A stretch of 64,000 nucleotides of DNA from Thermoleophilia bacterium. GTDB lineage: Bacteria; Actinomycetota; Thermoleophilia; Miltoncostaeales; Miltoncostaeaceae. Position numbers and translations under genes: made by a program. The notes under the pieces were generated by a model. The model saw only the letters and a program-made list of their open reading frames with translations. It did no database searches and was not told the origin of the DNA. Positions 55,811 to 64,000 of this stretch are shown in pieces; the first letter of the stretch is position 1; each line of letters starts with the position of its first letter. The stretch covers positions 48,671-112,670 of the forward strand of contig JANQPH010000049.1 in NCBI GenBank assembly GCA_028285405.1, given 5' to 3'.

Positions 55811-56434
55811 ATGGCATTCAAGCTTCGAAGTGCGCGTGGCATCGCCGCGATCACCGGCGCCACGCTCGCGATCGGCGGTGCAGGCGCTGCGATCGGCCTG
55901 GCAGCCGGCGGCGGGTTCGGCGGCGGCGACGATGCGCGTCAGGCCTTCGCCGACGCGCTCAGCGACCGCGTCGGCGCCGACGTGACCGTCGAGGACATCG
56001 AGGCTGCCCGCCAGGAGGCGGCGAAGGCCACGCTCGATCGAGCGGTGCAGGAAGGGCGCCTCACCCAGGAGGAGGCGGACCGCATGCTCGAGCGGATCCA
56101 GCAGGCGCCGGAGCGTCGAGAGCAGCGGCGCGAGGCCAAGGAGGCGCTCGCCGAACCGGTCGCCGAGGCACTCGGGGTGTCCGTCGAGGAGCTCCGCGAG
56201 GCCAGGCGGGACGGAACGACCCTGCTCGATCTCGCCGAGCAGAACAACGTCAGTCGCGCCGACCTCGAGGCGGCCGTGAGGCGGGGGCTCGAGGCGTCCG
56301 CCGCGGCGACGGGCCGTGACCTTCCCGAGGGCGAGGAGCTCGAGGACCGGATCGATCGGATCGTCGAGTCGGACGGACCGCCTCGCGGTGGGCACGGTTT
56401 CCACGGTCGGCGGGGCTTCTTCGGGGGTCCCTAG
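55811..56434 (+). CDS. Secreted/anchored hypothetical protein with charged helical repeats
   Basis: ATG 55811 follows GGAGGA. The signal-like N-terminus is MAFKLRSARGIAAITGATLAIGGAGAAIGLAA. Helical E/R-rich repeats follow (VTVEDIEAARQEAAK...; VSVEELREARRDG...; VSRADLEAAVRRG). It lies directly upstream of the two-component system. Confidence 0.6.
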   Translation: MAFKLRSARGIAAITGATLAIGGAGAAIGLAAGGGFGGGDDARQAFADALSDRVGADVTVEDIEAARQEAAKATLDRAVQEGRLTQEEADRMLERIQQAPERREQRREAKEALAEPVAEALGVSVEELREARRDGTTLLDLAEQNNVSRADLEAAVRRGLEASAAATGRDLPEGEELEDRIDRIVESDGPPRGGHGFHGRRGFFGGP

Positions 56435-56502
56435 ACTCGGACCACCTCACGTTCGAGACGCGAGGCGCCGTCGCCCGGCGGCGCCGACGAGCTGGGAGGC
56501 GC

Positions 56503-57189
56503 ATGCGGGTCCTCATCGTCGAGGACGAGCCAGATCTCCGCGACGGCCTGCAGCGGGGCTTGCGCGGAGCCGGCTATGCCGTCGACGCGGTCGGAGACGG
56601 TCACGCCGCGGTCGGGCGCTGCGTGCACGTCCCGTACGACCTCGTCCTGCTCGATCTGACGCTGCCGGGGATGGACGGGCTCGAGGTCTGCGACGAGATC
56701 CGGCGCGCCGAGCAGCCGCCGCTGGTCCTGATGCTGACGGCTCGCGACGCGATCGAGGACCGGATCGGCGGCCTCGACGCCGGCGCGGACGACTACCTCG
56801 TCAAGCCGTTCGACTTTGGGGAGCTGCTCGCGCGCATGCGAGCGCTCATGCGACGTGAGACGCCCTCGCGTCCGAGCGTGCTCGCGTCGGGTGATCTGAC
56901 TCTCGATCCCGCCACCCGCGAGGTGGCGCTCGCGGGCCGACCCGTGCGGCTCACGGCCAAAGAGTGGTCGCTCCTTCACTATCTGTTGCGGCACGCTGGC
57001 GAGGTCGTCAGCACCGAGGAGCTCCTGGAGCACGTATGGGACGACAGGGTGGACCCCTTCACGAACACGGTTCGGGTGCAGGTGGGAACGCTCAGGAAGA
57101 AGATCGGTCCGGAGCGGATCGAGACGGTGATCGGGGCGGGGTACCGGCTGGTGGAGGCCGGCGCGGCCCCTCCATCCGTCTCAGGCTGA
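56503..57189 (+). CDS. OmpR-family response regulator
   Basis: The receiver domain reads MRVLIVEDEPDL...DLVLLDLTLPGMDG...MLTARD...GADDYLVKPF. The winged-helix domain reads LTAKEWSLLHYLLRH...RVQVGTLRKKI...IETVIGAGYRL. Confidence 0.9.
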   Translation: MRVLIVEDEPDLRDGLQRGLRGAGYAVDAVGDGHAAVGRCVHVPYDLVLLDLTLPGMDGLEVCDEIRRAEQPPLVLMLTARDAIEDRIGGLDAGADDYLVKPFDFGELLARMRALMRRETPSRPSVLASGDLTLDPATREVALAGRPVRLTAKEWSLLHYLLRHAGEVVSTEELLEHVWDDRVDPFTNTVRVQVGTLRKKIGPERIETVIGAGYRLVEAGAAPPSVSG

Positions 57190-58334
57190 CCCTCTGGTAC
57201 AGCGCGCTGCTGTTCATCGCCTCGGCGCTGCTGCTCGCCGGGGTGATCACCGTCGCCGCGGCCAGGGTGAACGACACGCCGCTGAGCGATCGCGAGGCGA
57301 TCGTCGAGGAGCTGATCGAGGCCGAGCGGGCGGGAGTCCCGCCGTTCGAGCTGCGTCGCCTGGCGCGGAGCATCGAGCGACAGCAGCGGTTCGAGCGCGA
57401 CGTCAACCGCGAGACGCTGGATCGTCTCAGGACCGCAGGCCTCGCCGGCCTCGGGGGCCTGGCGGTGATCTCGCTCGTGATCGGCTGGTTCGTGTCGGGC
57501 CGGCTTCTCTCGCCGGTCGCCCGGATCACGAGCCGCGCTCGCGAGCTCGGCGAGCGCACCCCCGACCTGTCGGGCCGGATCGACCTCGGCGGGCCGGACG
57601 ACGAGCTCAGGGAGCTCGCGGACACGCTCGACGCGTTCCTCGACCGAACCGAGGACGCCGTCGCCGGGCAGCGGCGCTTCCTGGCCGATGCCTCGCACGA
57701 GCTGCGCACGCCGCTTGCGGCCGCGCGGACGAACATCGAGGTCGTCCTCGCCGATCCCGACGCCACGCGAGAGGACTACCGGCACGCGGCCGAGGTGGCG
57801 AACCGCCAGCTGGTGCGCATGGGGCGAATCGTCGGCGACCTGCTCCTGCTCGAGCGCGGTCGGGCGGCCAGCGTCGGGATGGTCCCGCTGCGCGAGGTCG
57901 CTCGGGGTGTCGCGGCGGACCTCGAGCCCCGGGCCACCGAGCGCGAGGTGTCCGTGACCGTCGGGGGCGGTCCCGAGATCGGGGTCCGCACCGACCAGGA
58001 GAGCGTTCGCAGGATCGTGGCGAACCTGGTCGAGAACGCGATCATCTACAACCGGCCGGGTGGCAGCGTCGACATCTCGGTCGAGCGCAGGGACGGCCGC
58101 GTCGTGCTGTCGGTGTCGGACACCGGGCGGGGGATCCCGAAGGACCACGTGGACCACGTCTTCGATCGCTTCCACCGAGGGGTCCGGGACGTGCCCGGGA
58201 CCGGGCTCGGGCTGGCCATCGTGCGCGAGCTCGCCGAGGGGATCGGAGCGAAGGTCGACGTGGAGTCGGAGGTCGGCTCCGGATCTCGGTTCGAGGTGAG
58301 CTTCGCGTCTGCCGGGGAGGCGCCGGGGGCATAG
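57036..58334 (+). CDS. Sensor histidine kinase (TM, HAMP, HisKA and HATPase domains)
   Basis: IRLRLTLWYSALLFIASALLLAG is the first TM helix, followed by a second TM helix and a HAMP domain. The H-box is FLADASHELRTPL, the N-box is VENAIIYN, and the G-boxes are DTGRGI and GTGLGLAIV. The start is unresolved: the nearest canonical in-frame start (ATG 57036) overlaps the regulator gene by 154 nt. Confidence 0.85.
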   Translation: MGRQGGPLHEHGSGAGGNAQEEDRSGADRDGDRGGVPAGGGRRGPSIRLRLTLWYSALLFIASALLLAGVITVAAARVNDTPLSDREAIVEELIEAERAGVPPFELRRLARSIERQQRFERDVNRETLDRLRTAGLAGLGGLAVISLVIGWFVSGRLLSPVARITSRARELGERTPDLSGRIDLGGPDDELRELADTLDAFLDRTEDAVAGQRRFLADASHELRTPLAAARTNIEVVLADPDATREDYRHAAEVANRQLVRMGRIVGDLLLLERGRAASVGMVPLREVARGVAADLEPRATEREVSVTVGGGPEIGVRTDQESVRRIVANLVENAIIYNRPGGSVDISVERRDGRVVLSVSDTGRGIPKDHVDHVFDRFHRGVRDVPGTGLGLAIVRELAEGIGAKVDVESEVGSGSRFEVSFASAGEAPGA

Positions 58335-58422
58335 CAGGGCGCCCGCTGCCGACCCCGACCCTCATCCGAGCTTCATGGTCGTGCGACACGCTGGCTCGGA
58401 GCGAGCGACAGCGGAGTTGGCG

Positions 58423-59316
58423 ATGCACGGGTGGAGACGAGCGCGAGTGGCGGCGACGGGGGCGGTTGCGGTGGTTGCGAGCGGTCTGGTGCTCGCCGCG
58501 TGTGGCGGCTCGTCCAGCTCGAGCGGGGCGACGACCGCGGAGTCCGGCGACGGCGAGCCGCTCGCGGCGAGCGGGCTTCGGGTTGCCCCGCTACCCGCAT
58601 CCCTCGAGGCGCTGTCAGGGTCGTTCGCGAAGCACGTGGACGTCTTCGGCGTCGACATCGTCGCGACCGAGGCCACGCCCGACGAGAAGGTCCTGCACGC
58701 GGCGAACGTGATGGCCCAGTACCTCGACAACGACGCCGACGGGGCGCCTGACGACGACCGCGTGGTGCAGGCGATGAACGCCAACTCGGCCACGCTGGTG
58801 ATGGCCGCGACGCCGGAGGAGTTCGAGGCGCTCGACCAGGAGGCCGTGTTCTCGGTGGTCGGGTCCGGTGGACAGGATCTCTATGCCAGCGAGACGGATC
58901 CGAGCGAGGGGTTCGACGGATCGCTCGAGGAGGTCCACCACCTGATCCTGAACACCGGATGGTCAGAGGTGTTTCCGGACGTGCTCGCGCAGGAGCCGGG
59001 CTCGGAGCTCGCGGCGGCGATGGACATCGCTCGCGGCGGGAGCTTTGGGACCGTCCCCACCGCCTATCCGCCGGGTGCCTGGTTCACCTACGACGACACG
59101 ACCTGCGACTACCGCTGCCAGCTCAGCGAGTACGCGTACTGGGCGCACACCAGCCTGCTCGGCGGTCAGACGGGGCGGAGCGCTGAGATCGGCGAGGAGT
59201 GGCGTCTCGAGACACCGGAGAAGGTCCGAGCGGGCGACCCGGCGGCGACCGAGATCTTCACCGACCCCGCCAAGCGCCTGCCGACGGCGCTCCCGGACGG
59301 GGACTATCGCGGCTGA
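58423..59316 (+). CDS. Putative lipoprotein, function unknown
   Basis: ATG 58423 gives MHGWRRARVAATGAVAVVASGLVLAAC GGSSSS, which contains a lipobox. The acidic mature domain has no recognised family. Confidence 0.6.
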   Translation: MHGWRRARVAATGAVAVVASGLVLAACGGSSSSSGATTAESGDGEPLAASGLRVAPLPASLEALSGSFAKHVDVFGVDIVATEATPDEKVLHAANVMAQYLDNDADGAPDDDRVVQAMNANSATLVMAATPEEFEALDQEAVFSVVGSGGQDLYASETDPSEGFDGSLEEVHHLILNTGWSEVFPDVLAQEPGSELAAAMDIARGGSFGTVPTAYPPGAWFTYDDTTCDYRCQLSEYAYWAHTSLLGGQTGRSAEIGEEWRLETPEKVRAGDPAATEIFTDPAKRLPTALPDGDYRG

Positions 59317-59334
59317 CGCCGCTCTGCGAGCGGG

Positions 59335-59748
59335 TCAGCCCTGCCGACCGGGGCCGGCGCGCTCGGGAGTGATCCGGATCAGGACACGTTGCTCCCGTTG
59401 CATCCGCTCGTGGTAGTCGTCCCAGTTCATCCCGACCGCGTCGGCGAAGCGGCGCCGGTAGTCGACGAGCGGCTCCATCGCCTCGGGCAGCGACACGATC
59501 TCGGCCGTCCCCTCGATCCAGGCCCACGGACCGTAGAACCGCTCGCCGAACATGCAGACCTGGGCCCACGGATCCGCGCGCAGGTACCTGACCTTGTACG
59601 CGGTCTCCCGCGAGCTGATCACGACGAGGCCGGCGTCGTCCACCGCCGCGACGATCGGTGACTGACGGATGCCGCCGGTCGGATGCCGGGTGGCGAGGAT
59701 CCCCCAGCGGTTGTCACGGACGAACGCGCGCGCCTGATCGAGCTCCAT
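59335..59748 (-). CDS. PPOX-class (pyridoxamine 5'-phosphate oxidase-like) probable F420-dependent enzyme
   Basis: MELDQARAFVRDNRWGILATRHPTGGIRQSPIVAAVDDAGLVVISSRETAYKVRYLRADP is typical of the split-barrel FMN/F420-binding family. The protein is about 137 aa long. Confidence 0.75.
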   Translation of the reverse strand: MELDQARAFVRDNRWGILATRHPTGGIRQSPIVAAVDDAGLVVISSRETAYKVRYLRADPWAQVCMFGERFYGPWAWIEGTAEIVSLPEAMEPLVDYRRRFADAVGMNWDDYHERMQREQRVLIRITPERAGPGRQG

Positions 59749-59829
59749 CGCCCCTCCCGGCCTCGTTCGGCTCCATGATGGCGCGCGGGCGGTCCGCCGG
59801 CGACCCCGGGTCGCGAGCGAGGGTGCGGC

Positions 59830-61419
59830 TCAGGTGGCCTCGCCCATCGCGGTGACCAGGTCGACCGCGTCCTCTCGGGTGCCGGCGAGGACGACGTAGG
59901 CGCGCCCGTCGCTCTGGTACGTCGCGACGAAGGCGCCGCCTGCGAGCACCAGCTCGGCCTCCTCGCCGTTCGGGAGGTCGAGCGTGTCGAGCCGCTCTCC
60001 GCCGATGCTCGCTCGCAGGCGCCTGAGGATCGTCGAGGTCTCTCCGTCCCCCGACGGCGCAAGCCCCCAGACCTGCGCGACCTCCGAGCCCTGGCTCGCC
60101 TGAGCCGCCCGCTGGTCGACACCCGGACCCGGATCGATTCCGAGCACGCCGTCGCCGGCGACCTCGTCGAGCGTCCAACCGTCGACCGCGGGAGGAAGCA
60201 GCTGCTCGATGCCGCCCGGCCCGATCGGGCCGCTCTCGGTCGTCGAGCCGTCCGAGTCACCGCCGCCGATGAAGACGAGCGAGAGCACGATGGCGGCGAT
60301 GACGGCGACCGCGCCGGCGCCGGCGGGGACGAGGAACCTCGGTCGCTTCCAGAACGGCGTGGACTCGGTGCCCGGGTCGGTCGGTGGCGCGCCGGGCGGG
60401 CCCGGTCCGGCCGGCTGCGCCGGCTCGCCGGCATCCGTGGCGGCCTGGCCGCTCGGGGGCTCGGGGCCCGCGTCGCTCGTCACGGTCTCGCTCGTCGGTA
60501 CCTCGGGCGGCGGGCCCTCCCCGCCGGTGTCGGTGGAGGCGAGCGTCGCGGCCGCCGGGGCGGGAGGCGGAAGGGGTGCGTCCGCCGCTCCCGGTGTCGC
60601 GTCGACGGCGGCCTGCAGCGCCTCGACGAACGCGGTGGCGCTCGGGTAGCGATCCGCTGGCGCCTTCGCCAGCCCGCGTCCGATCACCTCGTCGACCTCG
60701 GTGCCGAGCCCCGGCCGCAGCGCCGACGGCGGGCTCGGGGCGTCGTTCAGGTGCGCGTAGAGCATCGCCGCCTTGCTGTCGCGCCGGAACGCGGGAGCCC
60801 CCGTCAGCATCTCCATGGCGACCATCGCGAGGGCGTAGCGGTCCGCGGCGGCGCTGATGTCCCCGCCCGAGATCTGCTCGGGCGCGACGTACTCGAGGGT
60901 GCCCAGCCAGGTGCCGCTCTCGGTGAGCCCGGCGGCCTCGATGGCGCGCGCGAGGCCGAAGTCCGACAGGTACGCGTGGTCCCCGGGCCCCAGGAGGATG
61001 TTCGCGGGCTTCACGTCTCGGTGGACGACCCCGAGTCGATCCGCGTGGTCGAGGGCCCCGGCGATCTGGCCGAGCACGTTCAGCGTCCTTCGGACCGGGA
61101 AGGCCCCGCCCGAGCGAACGACGACGTCGATGCTCGGTCCCTCGACGTACTTCATCGCCAGGAACGAGAGCCCGTCGGCGTCGCCGGCCTCGTACACCGG
61201 GACGATGTGCGGGTGCTCGAGGCGCGCCGCGCTGATGCCCTCGAGGCGGAAGCGCTCCCTGAAGCCGGGGTCGCTGGAGTACTGGCTCGAGACGACCTTC
61301 AGCGCGACGGTTCGCTGCAGGCTCAGCTGCGTCGCGCGGTACACGATCGCCTGGCCCCCTCGGCCGATCTCGTCGTCGATCCGGTACCCCTGGAGGGTCC
61401 GGCCGATCATGTCGCTCAA
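59830..61419 (-). CDS. Ser/Thr protein kinase with a single TM helix and an extracellular C-terminal domain
   Basis: Hanks-type motifs are present: IGRGGQAIVY, ALK, HRDVKPANILL, DFGLA and APE. A Pro-rich linker follows, then a TM helix (FLVPAGAGAVAVIAAIVLSLVFIG) and an ectodomain of about 170 aa. The start could be TTG 61419 or ATG 61410. Confidence 0.9.
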   Translation of the reverse strand: MSDMIGRTLQGYRIDDEIGRGGQAIVYRATQLSLQRTVALKVVSSQYSSDPGFRERFRLEGISAARLEHPHIVPVYEAGDADGLSFLAMKYVEGPSIDVVVRSGGAFPVRRTLNVLGQIAGALDHADRLGVVHRDVKPANILLGPGDHAYLSDFGLARAIEAAGLTESGTWLGTLEYVAPEQISGGDISAAADRYALAMVAMEMLTGAPAFRRDSKAAMLYAHLNDAPSPPSALRPGLGTEVDEVIGRGLAKAPADRYPSATAFVEALQAAVDATPGAADAPLPPPAPAAATLASTDTGGEGPPPEVPTSETVTSDAGPEPPSGQAATDAGEPAQPAGPGPPGAPPTDPGTESTPFWKRPRFLVPAGAGAVAVIAAIVLSLVFIGGGDSDGSTTESGPIGPGGIEQLLPPAVDGWTLDEVAGDGVLGIDPGPGVDQRAAQASQGSEVAQVWGLAPSGDGETSTILRRLRASIGGERLDTLDLPNGEEAELVLAGGAFVATYQSDGRAYVVLAGTREDAVDLVTAMGEAT

Positions 61420-61541
61420 GGGGCCACCGATCCGCGACAGCTCATCTGCCGGCTTATACCAGCGGCACCACCCGGCCGGGGGCCCTCGCCCGACCGAGGT
61501 CGGCGCACCCGTCGGCAGGCCCCGGGTACGCTTCTCGCCTC

Positions 61542-63383
61542 GTGACCGATCTGATCCCGCTCCCGCACTTCTTCGACAATCCGGAGCGGGCGCTCGCTCG
61601 GCTCAGCCCCGACGGCTCGAGGATGTCGTGGCTCGCTCCACGCGACGGCGTCCTGAACGTGTGGGTCGGCGACGCCACCGGCGGGGACGCGCGGCCGATC
61701 ACGAACGACGATCACCGCGGCATCCGGTCCTACGCATGGTCCCGGGACGGTCGCTACGTCCTCTATTCCCAGGACGAGGGCGGCGACGAGAACACGCACG
61801 TCTACGCCGTCGATCCGGACAAGCCGGACCATGCTCGGGATCTCACGCCCTTTCCCGGAGTCCGCGCGGGCCTGGTCGCGCTGCCGCGGAGCACGCCACG
61901 CGAGATCCTCGTCTCGCTCAACCTGCGCGACCGCTCGATGTTCGACGCCTACCGGCTGCGGCTCGCCAGCGGCAGGCTCGAGCTGGTCGGCGAGAACCCG
62001 GGTGATGTCATCGGTTGGGTCGCGGACCGCGCGGGGCGCGTGCGCGGCGCCTACTCGCAGACGCCCGAAGGCGACTATCGAGTCATGGCGCGGGCCGACG
62101 AGGCCGACGCGCTCGAGCTCGTCGCCGAGTACGACAACGAGGACGGCGGGGCGCCGTACGGCTTCACCGCCGACGGCGAGGGGCTCTGGGTCTCGAGCGC
62201 CCGCGGCGTCGATCTCAAGCGGCTCGTGCGGCTCGACATCGCGACCGGGGCCGAGACGGTCGTCGACGAGGACGAGGTGGTCGACATCGGCGGGCCGATC
62301 ATCTCGGACAAGACCGGCGAGCTGCTCGGCGCGGCGTACGTTCGCGACCGGCTCCAGGTCAGCGTCCACGACGAGCGGTTCGGGCGTGACTTCGCCCGGC
62401 TGCGCGAGCTGCACCACGGCGACCCGCGGATCTCCGGCCAGGACGCGCAGGAGCGCAGGTGGGTGGCCGCGTTCGACGACGATCGCGACCCCGGCGCCAC
62501 CTACGTCTTCGATCGCGCGACCGGTGACGGCGAGCTGCTCTTTCGGTCACGTCCGTGGCTCGACCCGGCGACGTTGGCCCCGATGGAGCCGGTCGTGATC
62601 CGCTCGCGGGACGGGTTCGACCTCTACAGCTACCTGACCCGTCCGATCGACGGGCCGCGCGACGGGCTTCCGATGGTGCTGGTCGTCCACGGTGGCCCGT
62701 GGGCCCGCGACTCGTGGGGCTACGACGCCGAGGCGCAGTTCCTCGCCAACCGGGGTTACGCGGTCCTCCAGGTGAACTACCGCGGCTCGAGCGGCTTCGG
62801 GAAGCGGTTCATGCACGCGGCCGAGCGCGAGTTCGCCGGCAAGATGCACGACGACCTGATCGACGCGGTCGCCTGGGCGACGGAGTCCGGGGTCGCGGAC
62901 CCGGCGCGGGTCGGGATCTACGGCGGCTCCTACGGGGGGTATGCGGCGTTGGTCGGCGCGACGTTCACCCCTGACGTCTTCGCGGCGGTGGTCAGCTACG
63001 TCGGGCCCTCCAGCCTCGTGACCCTCGTTCGCTCGTTTCCGGCCTACTGGCGCCCGTTCCTGGCGAGCACCTGGTTCCGCTACGTCGGAGATCCGGAGAA
63101 GCCGGAGGACGTCGAGGACATGCTCCGGCGCTCGCCGCTGGAGCGTGTCGATCGGATCCAGGCCCCGCTGCTCGTCATCCAGGGCGCCAACGATCCGCGC
63201 GTGACCCAGCAGGAGAGCGACCAGATCGTCGCCGCCCTGCGCGAGCGTGGCGTCGACGTCGAGTACATCGTCAAGGACGACGAGGGCCACGGCTTCGCCA
63301 GGCCCGAGAACCGGCTCGATGCGTACGCGGCGATGGAGCGCTTCTTCGCCAAGCATCTCGGCGGTCGCTCGGCCCAGGGCTGA
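61542..63383 (+). CDS. S9 family serine peptidase (prolyl oligopeptidase/dipeptidyl aminopeptidase-like)
   Basis: An N-terminal beta-propeller region (SPDGSRMSW...SRDGRYVLY) is followed by a C-terminal alpha/beta hydrolase domain with the nucleophile elbow GGSYGGY. Also present are QGANDPRV and EGHGF. The start is GTG. Confidence 0.9.
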   Translation: MTDLIPLPHFFDNPERALARLSPDGSRMSWLAPRDGVLNVWVGDATGGDARPITNDDHRGIRSYAWSRDGRYVLYSQDEGGDENTHVYAVDPDKPDHARDLTPFPGVRAGLVALPRSTPREILVSLNLRDRSMFDAYRLRLASGRLELVGENPGDVIGWVADRAGRVRGAYSQTPEGDYRVMARADEADALELVAEYDNEDGGAPYGFTADGEGLWVSSARGVDLKRLVRLDIATGAETVVDEDEVVDIGGPIISDKTGELLGAAYVRDRLQVSVHDERFGRDFARLRELHHGDPRISGQDAQERRWVAAFDDDRDPGATYVFDRATGDGELLFRSRPWLDPATLAPMEPVVIRSRDGFDLYSYLTRPIDGPRDGLPMVLVVHGGPWARDSWGYDAEAQFLANRGYAVLQVNYRGSSGFGKRFMHAAEREFAGKMHDDLIDAVAWATESGVADPARVGIYGGSYGGYAALVGATFTPDVFAAVVSYVGPSSLVTLVRSFPAYWRPFLASTWFRYVGDPEKPEDVEDMLRRSPLERVDRIQAPLLVIQGANDPRVTQQESDQIVAALRERGVDVEYIVKDDEGHGFARPENRLDAYAAMERFFAKHLGGRSAQG

Positions 63384-63699
63384 GGGGGACCGCTCGCCGG
63401 CGACCGGGCGGAGGCTCCGGCCGACCGATTCTGCGACTCCGCCGATCGGCATGAGGGATGTGTGTGCCTGTGTGCGGACGATGAAGCCGCTGTGCAGTGG
63501 ATTCGGGGTCCTCCGGCCGCACTCGTGGTGCCCAGATAAGGCGCATATTGCAGGGATTTCATGCGACCGACGCCGACGCCTTTCGCCGCTGTTTATGAGT
63601 GCAAGCGTTCGTCAAGGGCGCGCCGCGGCGGGCCGACGGTGGGGAATGCTGGCCCCGCGTCCGGGAGGAGGTCCCGGCGTCGACTCGAGAGGAGCCCCG

Positions 63700-64000
63700 A
63701 TGATCAAGAGGCGATCCCGTTTGGTCGCCATCGCCGCGGCGACGGTCACCGTCGCCGGTGTCACCGCCGCGACCGCCGTCGCGCATCCGCATGGCAAGGG
63801 TCATGGAAAGCGCGCGCTGGCCGTTCAGTGCGAGATCTCCGACGCCGAGCGCGATGCGGCGCTCACGGACAGGCAGAAGGAGCGTCTCGAGCGGATCCAG
63901 CAGCGCCTGGACGAGCGGTCGTCCGAGGACGGCCTGACCGCACGCCAGACGCAGCGTCTGGAGCGGATCGAGAACCGCATGGTCATCCGCTCGGTGAGGC
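63700..64000 (+). CDS. Secreted hypothetical protein, N-terminal fragment (3' end lies outside the window)
   Basis: This ORF is absent from the track because no stop codon falls inside the window. ATG 63700 follows gagaggag. My translation is MIKRRSRLVAIAAATVTVAGVTAATAVAHPHGKGHGKRALAVQCEISDAERDAALTDRQKERLERIQQRLDERSSEDGLTARQTQRLERIENRMVIRSVR. That is a signal peptide followed by RQ..RLERI repeats, with no stops over 100 codons. Confidence 0.5.
   Translation, partial: MIKRRSRLVAIAAATVTVAGVTAATAVAHPHGKGHGKRALAVQCEISDAERDAALTDRQKERLERIQQRLDERSSEDGLTARQTQRLERIENRMVIRSVR

Overview
This is a 64-kb chromosomal segment with very high GC (roughly 70% by eye). It probably comes from a deep-branching actinobacterium of the Thermoleophilia/Rubrobacteria type, but that taxonomic guess is inference only. 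Gene density is very high. I checked 14 same-strand junctions that overlap by 4 nt (ATGA/GTGA), and four convergent gene pairs that share a palindromic CTAG stop. Most of the long six-frame ORFs are antisense or out-of-frame shadows, which is typical of high-GC DNA.

Most of the window is housekeeping. It includes an ~11.7-kb minus-strand respiratory supercluster (27401-28513 down to 16785): a siroheme-decarboxylase-like gene, hemL, a UbiD-family decarboxylase, qcrABC of the b6c type, ubiX, menG, a polyprenyl synthase, mqnA and mqnC. Also present are lipA, dcd, tatA, tRNA-Lys(CTT), etfBA, an ABC-2 exporter, an envelope block (M23-like, YmdB-like, M74 MepA-like, two GT87/DUF2029 proteins, GtrA), ddl, ATP-type pckA, metH, fabD-fabG-fabF-fabF, an OmpR/histidine-kinase pair, a Ser/Thr kinase and an S9 peptidase.

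The candidates most worth a second look are:
- An E2-like protein (lipoyl domain plus subunit-binding domain) whose catalytic core is replaced by a NeuD/PglD-type left-handed beta-helix (LbH) acyltransferase. It is translationally coupled to a sulfotransferase and a membrane protein, and lies convergent to an E1-beta gene.
- A TasA-like exported protein followed by a SipW-type signal peptidase that is fused in frame to a SipW-substrate-like signal and two LamG domains.
- A short helical motif (QL..NQ.ISQAAV.RSN) shared by three otherwise uncharacterised secreted proteins, two of which are tandem paralogs.
- A translationally coupled half-size paralog of MqnC that lacks the radical-SAM cysteine motif.

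All calls rest on reading the translations. No database searches were run.
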